DNA of 64,000 nucleotides from Octopus bimaculoides (Eukaryota): NCBI RefSeq assembly GCF_001194135.2, contig NC_068989.1:78176525-78240524 (forward strand), given 5' to 3'. The position numbers and the translations under genes are program-made. The notes under the pieces were generated by a model. The model ran no database searches. It was not told where the DNA came from and saw only the letters and a program-made list of their open reading frames with translations. Positions 12,700-24,760 of the stretch are shown piece after piece. Within the stretch, counting starts at the first letter, position 1. The number at the start of each line of letters is the position of its first letter.

Positions 12700-13270
12700 T
12701 ATTATATATCCATTACACTAGGGTTTCAACGGTGTGTTAGGTTATAGGCCGTTTATGTAAACCTGCGCTCATCTGAGGTAGCTGTTGAAGTATGAAATGT
12801 GACGATTCTGTTGTTCTAGGTGAATAGGTTTGTGGTTGTTGTGAAACATATGATGAAACAAATTGAGTAGGGGTTAAGTCAAGACTCATGTCCCTTGGTA
12901 TCAAAAATATCTTCTCTGGGGTTGGTTTCGTACCAAGTCGGGGAGAGTTTTATGGAAAAGAATTTATGGGAAATATGTATATTTAACGTCGGTGTCCTTA
13001 TGGAAATGGAAAATATGTAGTGGTACTATATGTATAGCTTTGTGGGAGCACAGTCATCTGTGTTTGTTAGTATGTTTTCTTTCTTTTGTTTTGGTTAAAT
13101 TCTTGGGGCATTTACATATGCATCCGATGTGTGTGAGGGTACAAAATGTGTAGGGGCTTGAATTGGTGGTGGGGTAAACCCTATTTGGCGGATGTCCGCT
13201 GTGTTAAGGCGTGTGTATCTTTGTTTGCGGATGCGTTAGAATATGTTATAGTCAAATATATACAAACCTG
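12700..13270 (-). mobile_element. Probable Penelope-like element 3' region, degraded
   Basis: Same G/T-rich plus-strand skew as the PLE tail at 58100-58700; no intact ORF. The call is an inference. Confidence 0.35.
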
Positions 13271-13373
13271 TATACACATGTGTTCGTGAGTGTGACAGGA
13301 AATTAAGGAAACATTGCTATAATCTCTAAAGCCCCCCCCACCCAAGAATATCTTTGATAAAATGTTTACTCAC

Positions 13374-13377
<4 letters not shown>

Positions 13378-13470
<93 letters not shown>
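13378..13470. repeat. (CT)n plus (GATA)n microsatellite
   Basis: Direct read. Confidence 0.95.
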
Positions 13471-13471
<1 letters not shown>

Positions 13472-13472
13472 C

Positions 13473-13706
13473 GGCGGCGAGCTGGCAGAAACGTTAGCAC
13501 ACCGGGCGAACTGCTTAGCGGTATTTCGTCTGCCGTTTCCTTCTGAGTTCAAATTCCGCCGAGCTCGACTTTGCTTTTCATCTTTTTGGGGTCGATAAAT
13601 TAAGTACCAGTCACGCACTGGAGTCGATATAATCAAATTAATCCGTTTGTCTGTCCTTGTTGGTCCCCTCTATGTTTAGACCCTTGTGGGCAATAAAGAA
13701 ATAAGA
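13473..13706 (+). mobile_element. Family A SINE-like element, best-preserved copy, flanked on both sides by (GATA)n
   Basis: A-box-like TGGCAGAAACG and B-box-like GAGTTCAAATTCC in the head, followed by the shared body and an AATAAAGAAATAAGA tail. Confidence 0.85.
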
Positions 13707-14409
13707 TAGATAGATAGATGCTAACTTTTATATATATATATGTATTACATATATATATATATATATNNNNNNNNNNGTGTGTGTGTGTGTGTGTGCGTGT
13801 GTGTGTGTGTGCGTGTGTGTGTGTGTGTACGGAAGGGGAGAGAGAGTGACATGATTTGGAATATGAAAAGGAGATAAAAAGTGATAGAAAGAAGAAAAAA
13901 AAAGACACATAGGAAGTGAAAATATATGAAAGCAAAATAGAAGAATACTAATAGAAATTAATAAAAAATCTGAGTGATACTGAGCTAAATCATACATAAA
14001 TGACTACTTAAACTTAATTATATGCATGAATATACTTTTCAATTTCATTTCTGTCATGTTGTTGTTGTTCTTGCTGCTGTTGTTTCCTGTTTAGTGTTTA
14101 AGTGTTGATATAGAATCTACTGATACAGCCTGAATTTCTAGTAAATAGCCATTTGTTTTACTCGACATTATCTTACTTCATAATTTATCTCTGCCTAGAA
14201 GCAGTCAATTTTTCTCTGTTATCAATTTACTTTCCCTTCGTATCGGTTTTAATAATAATTATCTCATTACTGGCTTCCATAATTAAACTATGCGTCTTGT
14301 GTTATCAAAAAAGAACAGCAAAAACGAAAAAAAATAAATTAAATTAAAAATGATGCAAATGTAGACAGTGTAGTGGAGGTGAGGTGAAAGACGAAGACAA
14401 AGTACAAAT

Positions 14410-14760
14410 AGAAGAAGAAGAAGAAGAAGAAGAAGAAGAAGAAGAAGAAGAAGAAGAAGAAGAAGAAGAAGAAGAAGAAGAAGAAGAAGAAGAAGAAGAA
14501 GGAGGAGGAGGAGGAGGAGGAGGAGAAGAAGAAGAAGAAGAAGAAGAAGAAGAAGAAGAGGTTGAAGGAGAGGACGGAAGAGAGAAAGGAGGACAGGAAG
14601 AGGAACAAGACGACAGAGAAGAGAAAGAAGAAAACAAAGAAGAGGAAGGGAGAAATTGGAAGAGGGAAGAAGAGGAGGAAGGAGAGTGATGAGAAGAGAG
14701 AAAAGGAAAAAGAGAAGAAGAAGAAGAAGAAGAAGAAGAAGGGGAAGAAAAGCGAAGAAC
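14410..14760. repeat. (GAA)n/(GGA)n polypurine tract
   Basis: Long GAA and GGA runs followed by degenerate purine-rich repeats. Confidence 0.95.
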
Positions 14761-15439
14761 AACAGCAACAAGAAAAACAACACGAAGAAATCTGAATACA
14801 ATGTCACCAGCAACAAGTAGGGGATCCAACATCAATAACAGTACGAAGGCAAAAAAAAAAATCACTAAGAAGGTAAAAAAACAATTACAACTGATCTGTC
14901 AGCTCCCTACCACCACCACTCTACCTGCGGGCGACCAAATGTAAACTGAATCATTTATCAAGTAAAAAGAAACGGATTAGTCGACTCATATTTAATACCA
15001 GTACGGAACATTCACGTATATACGTTGTTATCGAAGTAAAATCGTACAATTTTATATCACGCTAATCTAAATACGATAATCGTTTTGTTTCCCTGTTTGA
15101 CACGTCACGCAAGCATTGCTATTTTCCTGTTAATGTCGGGCGGGAAAAAAATAAACACGAAAACAATTAAAATCTGCTCTTTTTTCTATGAAACTTGACA
15201 ACAAGTGAAGGATATTCTTGAAGGAATTCCTGAATAGTATTGCAAGAGATTTGGTGCAATTAAAAGCAAAGATTGAAAATTCAGAAACGTGTTGCTACTA
15301 TAATGATTTCCCCACATTGGTACGCAGCCAGCGGTGTATGATATTAACTTTTCAGCGATAAGTTTTGTCTAATGTATAAGTGTGGCAATAAAATTTAGTA
15401 AAGACTTACTGTTTCTTATCTGTGATTGCAGAAATCTAG

Positions 15440-15632
15440 CGACGGTCTTCTTCAGTTTCCGTCTACGGTGTCCTCCTACAAAGCTTTGATCGAATGAAGT
15501 TATAGTAGAAGAGAGTTGCTCAAGGTATCGCGAAGCGGATTCAGTCCAACTGCATGGCCATCTGGGTAAGTGCCCTCGACCTTAGCCTCGGGCCAATCGG
15601 AACCCTGTTAGTGGATTTGATAGACAGAAACA
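15440..15632. mobile_element. Two head-less family B SINE halves in inverted (head-to-head) arrangement
   Basis: Left part reads CTTCAGTTTCCGTCTAC..TATAGTAGAAGA (minus); right part reads TTCAGTCC..TTAGCCTCGGGCC..GTGGATTTG..GACAGAAAC (plus). Confidence 0.65.
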
Positions 15633-15664
15633 TTTGTATATGCATAGAGATATATACAGAAATA

Positions 15665-16499
15665 TCAGGTCATTAAGAGTGAAATGTCCGATTTTCTTAA
15701 GTTTTATCCTAACTGTAATGTTTTATCCTGACAAGTTCTTGTTTTATTTAACTGAAGATTTACGCGGATACCACACGAAGTGAACGAGCATCAAATGACA
15801 CATCATCTTGATGCTTGCTGTTCTTTATTGTCACGGTATAAAAGCGAACTACTTTTGCACCGTATGCATGTTACGTGTGATGAAAAATTGATTCTTTTCA
15901 ACAATAGCAAGCGTTCTGCACAGATAGAGGCGAATTGTCAAAACACAAACCAAAAAAGAATATTCATAAAAAAAAAGCTACTGATGTCTGTCTGGTGATC
16001 CAGCGTTGGTGTCGTCCACTGCAGCTTCATGAGACCTGGTAAGTCAATTACAGTTGATGTATACATCAACCAAATGGATGAAATGATGAGTGAGCTTTCA
16101 ATTAAACAACCCAGATTGGTCAATAGAGACAGGCCAATGCTCCTGTAAGGCAATGCTCGACCAAATGTTGCACAAAGAACGCTACTCAAGTTACAGGGAA
16201 TGAACTTGGAAGAATTCTGTCATCCACCATATTCACCAGACCTTCCACGAAATGACTATCACGTTTACAGGTTTTACACAACTTCGTGGAAGGAAAAACT
16301 TCAAATCTGAAGAAATTTCACAAAAAACAACCTTTCGTGATTTCATCACCTTTGCTCTGCAGAATTCTTCACTGCTGGCATAAATTAGCTACCAAAAAAT
16401 GGCAAAATTAAATTGATAATTCAGGTGCATACTTTTTGTTGAGACAACGTAAAATAAACTTTCAGTTAAAAATTGGACATTTCATTCTTAATGACCTGA
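15665..16499 (+). mobile_element. Internally deleted mariner with both TIRs and TA target duplication
   Basis: TIR TCAGGTCATTAAGA(G/A)TGAAATGTCC(G/A)ATTTT at both ends (2 mismatches), flanked by TA. Remnants translate to VTCDEK, KKLLMSVW, LL*GNARPNVAQRT and HPPYSPDL. Confidence 0.93.
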
Positions 16500-16559
16500 T
16501 AGATAGATAAGTTGATATATACATACATATATACATTTATGTGTGCTTGTCTTTTTTCT

Positions 16560-16730
16560 TTGTGCCCCATCACTGCATGCAACCGATGTTGGTTTGTTTG
16601 CGCCCCCGACTAAAAGCACTAATAAAATTCGGATTAGACTTTGAAAGGAAATATGTAACGGAAAGAGGATTTATTAGACTAAACGTTTGAAGGTGGTGCC
16701 TCAGCATGGCTGCAGTCCACTGACTAAAAC
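16560..16730 (+). mobile_element. Family B SINE-like 3' half, degenerate
   Basis: CAACCGATGTTGG..GACTAAA..GAAGGTGGTGCCTCAGCATGGCTGCAGTC. Confidence 0.65.
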
Positions 16731-17411
16731 TACATATATATATATATATATATATTTGTGTGTGTTGTTGCTTGTATGTCAGGGTATGTGTGCTCTATAT
16801 GTGCGTGAGTATTTGTGTGTGTGTGCATGTGTGTATTGAGAAAATCGTCATTTTACACATAAGAAAACCGCCATGCAATAACAATCGAAGATCAGAATAT
16901 GTTATTCAACAAATTCACAAATATTACCATAAGCGGGAGCTCAGATTTCCACGTAATATTGCTTCGGCAATGTGCACCAGCCGTATATTGTGAGTGGAGT
17001 GTCCAGTATATTAAACGTAATCCTCGGGTAATTCTATATAAGTACACATTTTTTATGAGCGAATAATTCACATTTTGTTTTCTTATTAATGTAATTTTCA
17101 TGTTTATTTTAAAATATATCTTTTGTTTGCAGAACTATGATGGGGGACAAAATTTCATGACAAATTTAATCTATAGTGGATGACATGGCTAATCTACTTC
17201 TCCAGCTTACCTCTCTCGTCGGTACAATAAAACAATTTAGGAACATTATGTGGCTGTATAATTATAGTTATGTAGCTACGAAAATCAGATGAGCATAACA
17301 TTTTCCGCAAGAACAGGTGATATGACTAAAATCATGAGACAGCTCAGTTCAGATTTTTTTTTAAATGGTGCATATTCTCAATTTACCTCTCTTTTGTAAT
17401 ACAGACATAGA

Positions 17412-17560
17412 TGTGTAGTTCAGAAAATCACTTTGCAGACATGTGGGTTCGGGTTCAGTTCCACTCTGTAGCAACATCAACGGATAACTTCCCTATAGCA
17501 CCAGGCTGACCATTACTTCGTGAGTGCATTTGGTAGACGAAAATTTTATACAAGCTCGTC
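17412..17560 (+). mobile_element. Family B SINE-like 5' half, degenerate
   Basis: CATGTGGGTTCGGGTTCAGTTCCACT..CTATAGC..GTGAGTGCATTTGGTAGACG. Confidence 0.65.
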
Positions 17561-18088
17561 TAAATATACATCTACATATACACATTTTTATGCATAAATA
17601 TATATGTGTGAGTGTGCTTACATACATACATTCATACATATATAAAATTAAGTATGTTATAGAAAGTATGGGCTATTTACAGAGTGCTCATAGAGGGCCA
17701 ATGCCAAAAATTACAGAGTAGAGAAAATTGAAAACGCAAATCATAGGCACTCAAACAGATTCACGAAGGCATAAATGAAGATATTCAGTCATAGTAGTTG
17801 AATCATATATGTTTATAAACATCAACATAAATCATGCATGAGCAGGGGTAAAGATTCTCCAAGGGAATAAAAATTAAAATCAAACATACATAAAATATAG
17901 AAGAGATATAAAAACATAAAAATACATATAAAATTACATACAAATAAAGATTACATGTAAAGTGTTTGCGTGATAAATATAGGAGGTGCAAAACGAATGA
18001 AAGGCTGATAAACATAAGAATAAAAACGTCAACCTTCAAAATGGCAAACCGCCTAAATCGTCTAAAAATTCCTAATACATCTAGGATA

Positions 18089-18194
18089 TAAAATAGAAAT
18101 GCCACAAGATATCAAGGTTAACAAAAATAAATAAAATAGGATCCTGTTTTATTTATTTTTCTTAACCTTGATATCTTTCGCCATTTCTATTTTA
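18089..18194. repeat. 106-bp near-perfect palindrome with TA ends (MITE-like)
   Basis: Arms 18090-18140 and 18143-18193 are reverse complements with about 6 mismatches, centred on GGATCC. Confidence 0.85.
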
Positions 18195-18198
18195 AGTA

Positions 18199-18405
18199 TT
18201 TTTGGCAGGAGGTCAGTAGTTTTGTGGGAGGGAGTAAGTCGATTACATCGATCCAGTGTTCAACTGGTACTTATTTTATCGATCCCGAAAGGATGGAAGG
18301 CAAATTCGACCTCAGCGGAATTTGAACTCAGAGCATAAAAAATGGACGAAATGCCACTACGTGATTTTTCCCGGTTTACTAACGATTCTACCAGTTAAGC
18401 GTCTT
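18199..18405 (-). mobile_element. Family A SINE-like copy
   Basis: AGTCGATTACATCGATCCAGTGTTCAACTGGTACTTATTTTATCGATCCCGAAAGGATG..GGAATTTGAACTCAG. Confidence 0.85.
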
Positions 18406-19121
18406 AATATTGCAATTGTTTCTCGCGTTGATATCATGGTGAAACATACGTAATCCTAAGCAAGTAATTTTTACACTAACAGGCATTTTGGTCTATAGTT
18501 TTGTGCTGTAATACCATAGACAGTGTGATACAAAGTTTAAGATTTCTGTATGCGGCCATCGGGGGATGAAGTGTATTGATCATGAACAGAGTGCAACGCT
18601 AATAAGAAAATAACATTCTCCAACTTTAGATTAATAGAGGGAATATTATCTACTATTTCATCTGTGAGCACTAATCAAGAAGCAATACCGGATTCTCAAT
18701 GCGACCACTGAAATCCTTATACTTTAGGCGATAACAATAACTTAAAATATTGTTGTTCATGAAATTTCCAAGAACATTCGACCACGGAAAGGCAATCCTC
18801 CCTGTCGAAATTGAAACTGCGTTATGGTTTCAGCACGCTAAACACAAGTAAGAAATATATATTGATTTTAATGTAAGATATCATTAACTATGAACTAGAG
18901 AAGTATGCAAAAAATTAATTGAATTGGAATGTATTTTCTAGATTCTTAAGGAATGAATAATAAGCCTGACGCCATATTGAACTTGGTATGTTAATAAAGG
19001 AAATTACATGCCATAATAAATTCAGTACAGCATTTCACGTTGTTCCTAATCTGCTGCTTTTTCAACATTAATATTGGACTACATAATCACTCACATACAC
19101 CCACATACACATACATGCATG

Positions 19122-19480
<359 letters not shown>

Positions 19481-20843
19481 ATTAAACTACCAAATATGAA
19501 CTTAAAGATGTACAGTCAATCATTCGTAGAAACATTGTTGGGTGGGGTACTATACATCGATAGTAACACTCTTTCATGGGGATATAACACATGGCTTTCC
19601 ATAAAAGCAACCGTGTTCGTTATTTAAACCAATACTATTGCCTTTATCGAAACCATTTATAACATTGGCAGAATATAAAACGATGAAGTGAATAATTAAG
19701 ATGTTAAGTCTTAAAACTAGTATCATGTAATTCTAGTGAAACTCAAGTGATTAAAAATTGTCAGAGAACTGGATCTCGTCCCACATGCTGTAATAATGTT
19801 CCATTTTGTTGACACTGAAAAAATGCCGATTACACGATATAAATTATAGCACGTTATTAGATGAAATTTAATTATCATCATCATTAGTTTATATAAATTG
19901 ACTTTGCAATTACGTGCATTGACGTTCGGTTTAACATGCATCAGTTTTCATTTGGTATATATTTTGTATACCAGTTTCAATTAAATCAAGCATGTAGAAA
20001 TGAGAGTTAGCAGGTTCTAACCGTTGAAGAGGTTCTGAGGAGCTGGTTTAGTCCGTCAGATTCATACGAAATACGCTTAAGACCTGTTGCTGTGGGTCAG
20101 CTTATCTTTATTCAATCACTTCTATCCGTACCCTCTTCAGCGAGATAATTTGTGGGACGGCTGAAGAGGATATAGTTACTCTGTACTTTTGTGTATTTCA
20201 GTATTAATATATTATTCATAGATACTATTTAAAGCCTATATAATTTCCATTTTGATTTTTAAATTCTAACCCTTACAGTTTAAGACATCAAGCCGTAGAT
20301 ATATATTTTTCCTCCGAGTAGATTATATAATTATATCATCTCAACACAAAGAAATTACAGCAGTAATTTCGCTAAGTGTTTTTTTTTGTTTTTTTTTTTC
20401 TGAATAAGTATAAAGCAGTTTCTGAACGTTCAGGATATCTTGAGAAAATAATCGCAAACAACTCAAAAATTGAATAACAAAAAGACTGTTATTCAAATGT
20501 ATAGCAGTAATTAAAATGCATCTAGCATTTAGACTATAAACGTTATCTCATTATATATTACATTAGGAAAAATAATCAGAGAACTTCTATGAATTAATCT
20601 AATTGGAGCACATGTAGCTGTTACATAATTAAACGTTTATACACATTTCCATGAACATGAATATAAGGCCTTCAAGAGGTGCGTGGGCATACATGCAGGT
20701 AGATGCATATTCAGAGCAGTGATGGAAAGTTAATGAAGCTTATAAATGTATCTTCACATTTAATTATATCTTACATAAATATGAACAAATATACATACAT
20801 ACATCATACATATATGTGTGTGTATGCATACAAATACATATAC

Positions 20844-20882
<39 letters not shown>

Positions 20883-21637
20883 NNNNNNNNNNNNNNNNNN
20901 NNNNNNNNNNNNNNNNNNNNNNNNNNNNNNNNNNNNNNNNNNNNNNNNNNNNNNNNNNNNNNNNNNNNNNNNNNNNNNNNNNNNNNNNNNNNNNNNNNNN
21001 NNNNNNNNNNNNNNNNNNNNNNNNNNNNNNNNNNNNNNNNNNNNNNNNNNNNNNNNNNNNNNNNNNNNNNNNNNNNNNNNNNNNNNNNNNNNNNNNNNNN
21101 NNNNNNNNNNNNNNNNNNNNNNNNNNNNNNNNNNNNNNNNNNNNNNNNNNNNNNNNNNNNNNNNNNNNNNNNNNNNNNNNNNNNNNNNNNNNNNNNNNNN
21201 NNNNNNNNNNNNNNNNNNNNNNNNNNNNNNNNNNNNNNNNNNNNNNNNNNNNNNNNNNNNNNNNNNNNNNNNNNNNNNNNNNNNNNNNNNNNNNNNNNNN
21301 NNNNNNNNNNNNNNNNNNNNNNNNNNNNNNNNNNNNNNNNNNNNNNNNNNNNNNNNNNNNNNNNNNNNNNNNNNNNNNNNNNNNNNNNNNNNNNNNNNNN
21401 NNNNNNNNNNNNNNNNNNNNNNNNNNNNNNNNNNNNNNNNNNNNNNNNNNNNNNNNNNNNNNNNNNNNNNNNNNNNNNNNNNNNNNNNNNNNNNNNNNNN
21501 NNNNNNNNNNNNNNNNNNNNNNNNNNNNNNNNNNNNNNNNNNNNNNNNNNNNNNNNNNNNNNNNNNNNNNNNNNNNNNNNNNNNNNNNNNNNNNNNNNNN
21601 NNNNNNNNNNNNNNNNNNNNNNNNNNNNNNNNNNNNN
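20883..21637. other. Assembly gap (N run); others at 13767-13776, 24062-24445, 41314-41323, 51814-52296, 59414-59670, 61282-61439
   Basis: N runs, each abutting a dinucleotide microsatellite. Confidence 0.99.
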
Positions 21638-21779
21638 TATATATATATATATATATATATGAGTTCAGCAAAAGTTTAGATTCAGATGAATATGGTCCTT
21701 AATTTGAGGCACAAGAATTTAGTACGGTATAATCCATGCAATTTCAAAATAAGGTGATTAGAATTAAAATAAGCAATAA

Positions 21780-23250
21780 GGATATCCAGAGGTAATGCAG
21801 TACGATCGTTTCACGCAACTCCATTTAATTGAACAATGCAACCATTACGTCAGTTTGCTTCTTCGAGTCCTCAACATGTCCATTCCGACATAACCTTCGA
21901 CGCCACTGATATCGTAGCAACAATAAAAGAAATCAAGCCTGATTCAGCAGTGGGTCCGTACAGGTTCCCTGCTGGAGTACTGAAGGAATGCAGACAGCAA
22001 CTTGCAGCTTCTCTTGAAAATCTCTGGAGGAAATCACTGGATGCCGGTTTTATCGCTCAAAACCTTCTCTCGAAGTCAGTCGTTCCTATCTTTAAAAAAG
22101 GGAATAAATCGCTCCCAGTAAACTACCGTCCAATCTCACTCACCTAGCATATCATCAAAGTGTTTGAGAGAATGTTGTGATCAAGAATAACAGCCTTCCT
22201 AGAACAAAATCATCTCATAAATTGCCACCAGCATGGCTTTCGTGGTAGTGGGGGACGGTCTAATACAGCTCCTCCACCACTTTGATGACATCTTAAATGC
22301 ATTAAGTGAGGACTCCAACGCAGATGTCATATATCTTGATTTCAGCAAGCCCTTTCACCGAGTCGACCACAATATACTGTTAAGGAAACTGTCCAACACT
22401 GGAGTCGGTGGAAAGCTACTTCAATGGATTAGGTATTTCCTAACAAATAGGACCCAGAATGTTGTGGTTGATGGCATCTGCTCAAGATCAGCAAAAGTCA
22501 TCAGCGGAGTCCCGCAGAGTACTGTTCTGTGTCCACTTCTTTTTATTGTCTATGTCAATGACATTGCAGATTCCATTGAACATAGCACCATTAGAATATT
22601 TGCAGACAACTCTAAGCCCCAGAAAGTCATTAAGGGTGCATATGATCGAACAATGCTTCATTTGGACCTATGCGCAATAATCCAGTGGGCACAAAATTCC
22701 AGTATACCGTTGGCCGAAGAAAACTTTGAGAACATCCACTTTGGAAGAGAAGGCACACTCAAACAACCATATACACTATTGTCGGGTGACCTACTTGAAC
22801 CCTCGGACAATATCATTGACTTAGGTGTAACTGTCGACAGCAACCTTAGCTGGAGTGTGCACATCAATAAAAAAGTCGATGTTGTCCGCAGAATGTGCTC
22901 ATGGATCCTCAGAACTTTTCAGTCTAGGGATCATGAAACCATCATCCTTCTCTTCTCCACATTAGCTGAGCCTCACCTCGAATACTGCTGCCCATTGTGG
23001 TCATCCTACAAAAAAAGACATAACGAGGATCGAATCGCCACAAAGGTCAATCACAAAAAAATTAATAAATAGCATGATGGGACTTGATTTTTGGGCTCAA
23101 CTTACACAGCTAAAGCTCTATTCTCTGCAACGCTGCCGTGGGAAAATATTTCACTAATATTATCCAAATGATATTGGTATTATGTTTACAATTTACCGAA
23201 GGGTAAGCCCCGAGCAATGTGTCCCCTCCAAAGGTCAAGACACAATTTCT
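21780..23250 (+). mobile_element. CR1-type non-LTR retrotransposon reverse-transcriptase relic (5'-truncated, inactivated)
   Basis: Translates to PIFKKGNKSLPVNYRPISLT*, QHGFR, IYLDFSKPFHRVDH, SGVPQSTVLCPLLF, FADN (catalytic ADD decayed) and EPHLEYCCPLWS; contains stops and frameshifts. Confidence 0.93.
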
Positions 23251-24499
23251 TAACTGAACCTATTTCAAAAAGTAGAAAGGAAATGATCTACAAACTGCAA
23301 ATCAAGTGATAATGCTGTTTTAAGTTACTCTAAATGCTTTTAAAACATCGTATGAATTTCAGTGATACTTTTTGAATAGCTAGACAATCAGACAAATATG
23401 CCATTTGAAAATGTTATAAAATTCTATAACCATACATTGCAACGCGACTTACAAGCAATTTACTCATGAAACAATCTTATCCTATTCAAAGATACATTTT
23501 ACAATCGTCTGTTGGATTCTTTATACGAACTAGATGTACAACCTAGCAGTAAGATTGTTGATTGACCAAAAACATCCATTAGACACCTGATAGTTTTACC
23601 ATATTCATTTAATTCCGAATACTATCCAGTAATTAGTAGTGTATATTTTTTTCATAGTTACATGAAAACTCTTTACGCTCAAGAGATGATAAGATATCTA
23701 TCTATTTGCAAAGGACAGCCACCAGATGGATTTGTATATTTATTAGACAGCAGGTGACTTTGTATACTCTTGAATCATTTCTAAGGTTTCAAAGATCGTA
23801 CAATAGTTTCTATGTATTCATGACAATTGCATGTTGTTGCAAAAATAATCAGCGATACGGATCTGAATATTTTTCAGATATGAAATTATTCCTGACAACT
23901 ACCGACCAGATTATTCTAAATATTGCTCAAATATCAAAGCTGCAAAACAATCCGCTCGATAGGATTGTACGTTTTTTACTTATTTAAATATTTATAAAAG
24001 CTATCGCCGAGATTCTAGACATTCATATGAGGTGTGCTTTTTTTTAATAAGGTATATATATNNNNNNNNNNNNNNNNNNNNNNNNNNNNNNNNNNNNNNN
24101 NNNNNNNNNNNNNNNNNNNNNNNNNNNNNNNNNNNNNNNNNNNNNNNNNNNNNNNNNNNNNNNNNNNNNNNNNNNNNNNNNNNNNNNNNNNNNNNNNNNN
24201 NNNNNNNNNNNNNNNNNNNNNNNNNNNNNNNNNNNNNNNNNNNNNNNNNNNNNNNNNNNNNNNNNNNNNNNNNNNNNNNNNNNNNNNNNNNNNNNNNNNN
24301 NNNNNNNNNNNNNNNNNNNNNNNNNNNNNNNNNNNNNNNNNNNNNNNNNNNNNNNNNNNNNNNNNNNNNNNNNNNNNNNNNNNNNNNNNNNNNNNNNNNN
24401 NNNNNNNNNNNNNNNNNNNNNNNNNNNNNNNNNNNNNNNNNNNNNATATATATGCTAATATTTTTTTTTTATACATACTAAATATTCGCTATCAAGGAT

Positions 24500-24760
24500 A
24501 AGCCCTTCGCTGAGTGTTATATGCATATAGAAGCATATAAGGATGGCTCCTTCTCGAACGATAAATACCCACCAATCTGCGTAACAGCGCATAGGTCACA
24601 GCTGGAGGCAGAGAAGGTTATGCTATTCTTTCATTGTTACTCATATTCAGATGCGAGGACTGAAGTAACGGGAAATAAAGTCTTTGCTAAAATACCTAAC
24701 ACATCATCCTATCCTAAAAGCAATGCTATTCTTTGGAACTCGGCAGTCTAATGATTACTC
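24500..24760 (+). mobile_element. Possible 3' end fragment of a CR1/Jockey-like LINE ORF
   Basis: LEAEKVMLFFHCYSYS..AILWNSAV loosely resembles the L..RR..LFY..LWNSLP C-terminus of such ORFs. Confidence 0.3.

Noticed and set aside
14283-14865. Poly-E, poly-L, poly-S and poly-F ORFs
   Set aside because: They are frames of the (GAA)n/(GGA)n tract.
17133-17183. Possible terminal exon NYDGGQNFMTNLIYSG* that would join 1505-1606 in phase
   Set aside because: The acceptor is good, but the peptide is short, other acceptors fit equally well and there is no independent support.
19737-19812. Cys-rich frame ETQVIKNCQRTGSRPTCCNNVPFC*, suggestive of a Ly6/toxin-like C-terminus
   Set aside because: It lacks the CCxxxxCN signature, is too short and has no supporting upstream exon.
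20703-21702. Long ORFs spanning N runs (also 24.0, 51.8, 59.4 and 61.3 kb)
   Set aside because: Gap artefacts.
23878-23966. Exon-like segment with acceptor TTTTTCAG and donor GTACGT
   Set aside because: Two frames are plausible and neither resembles a family I recognise.
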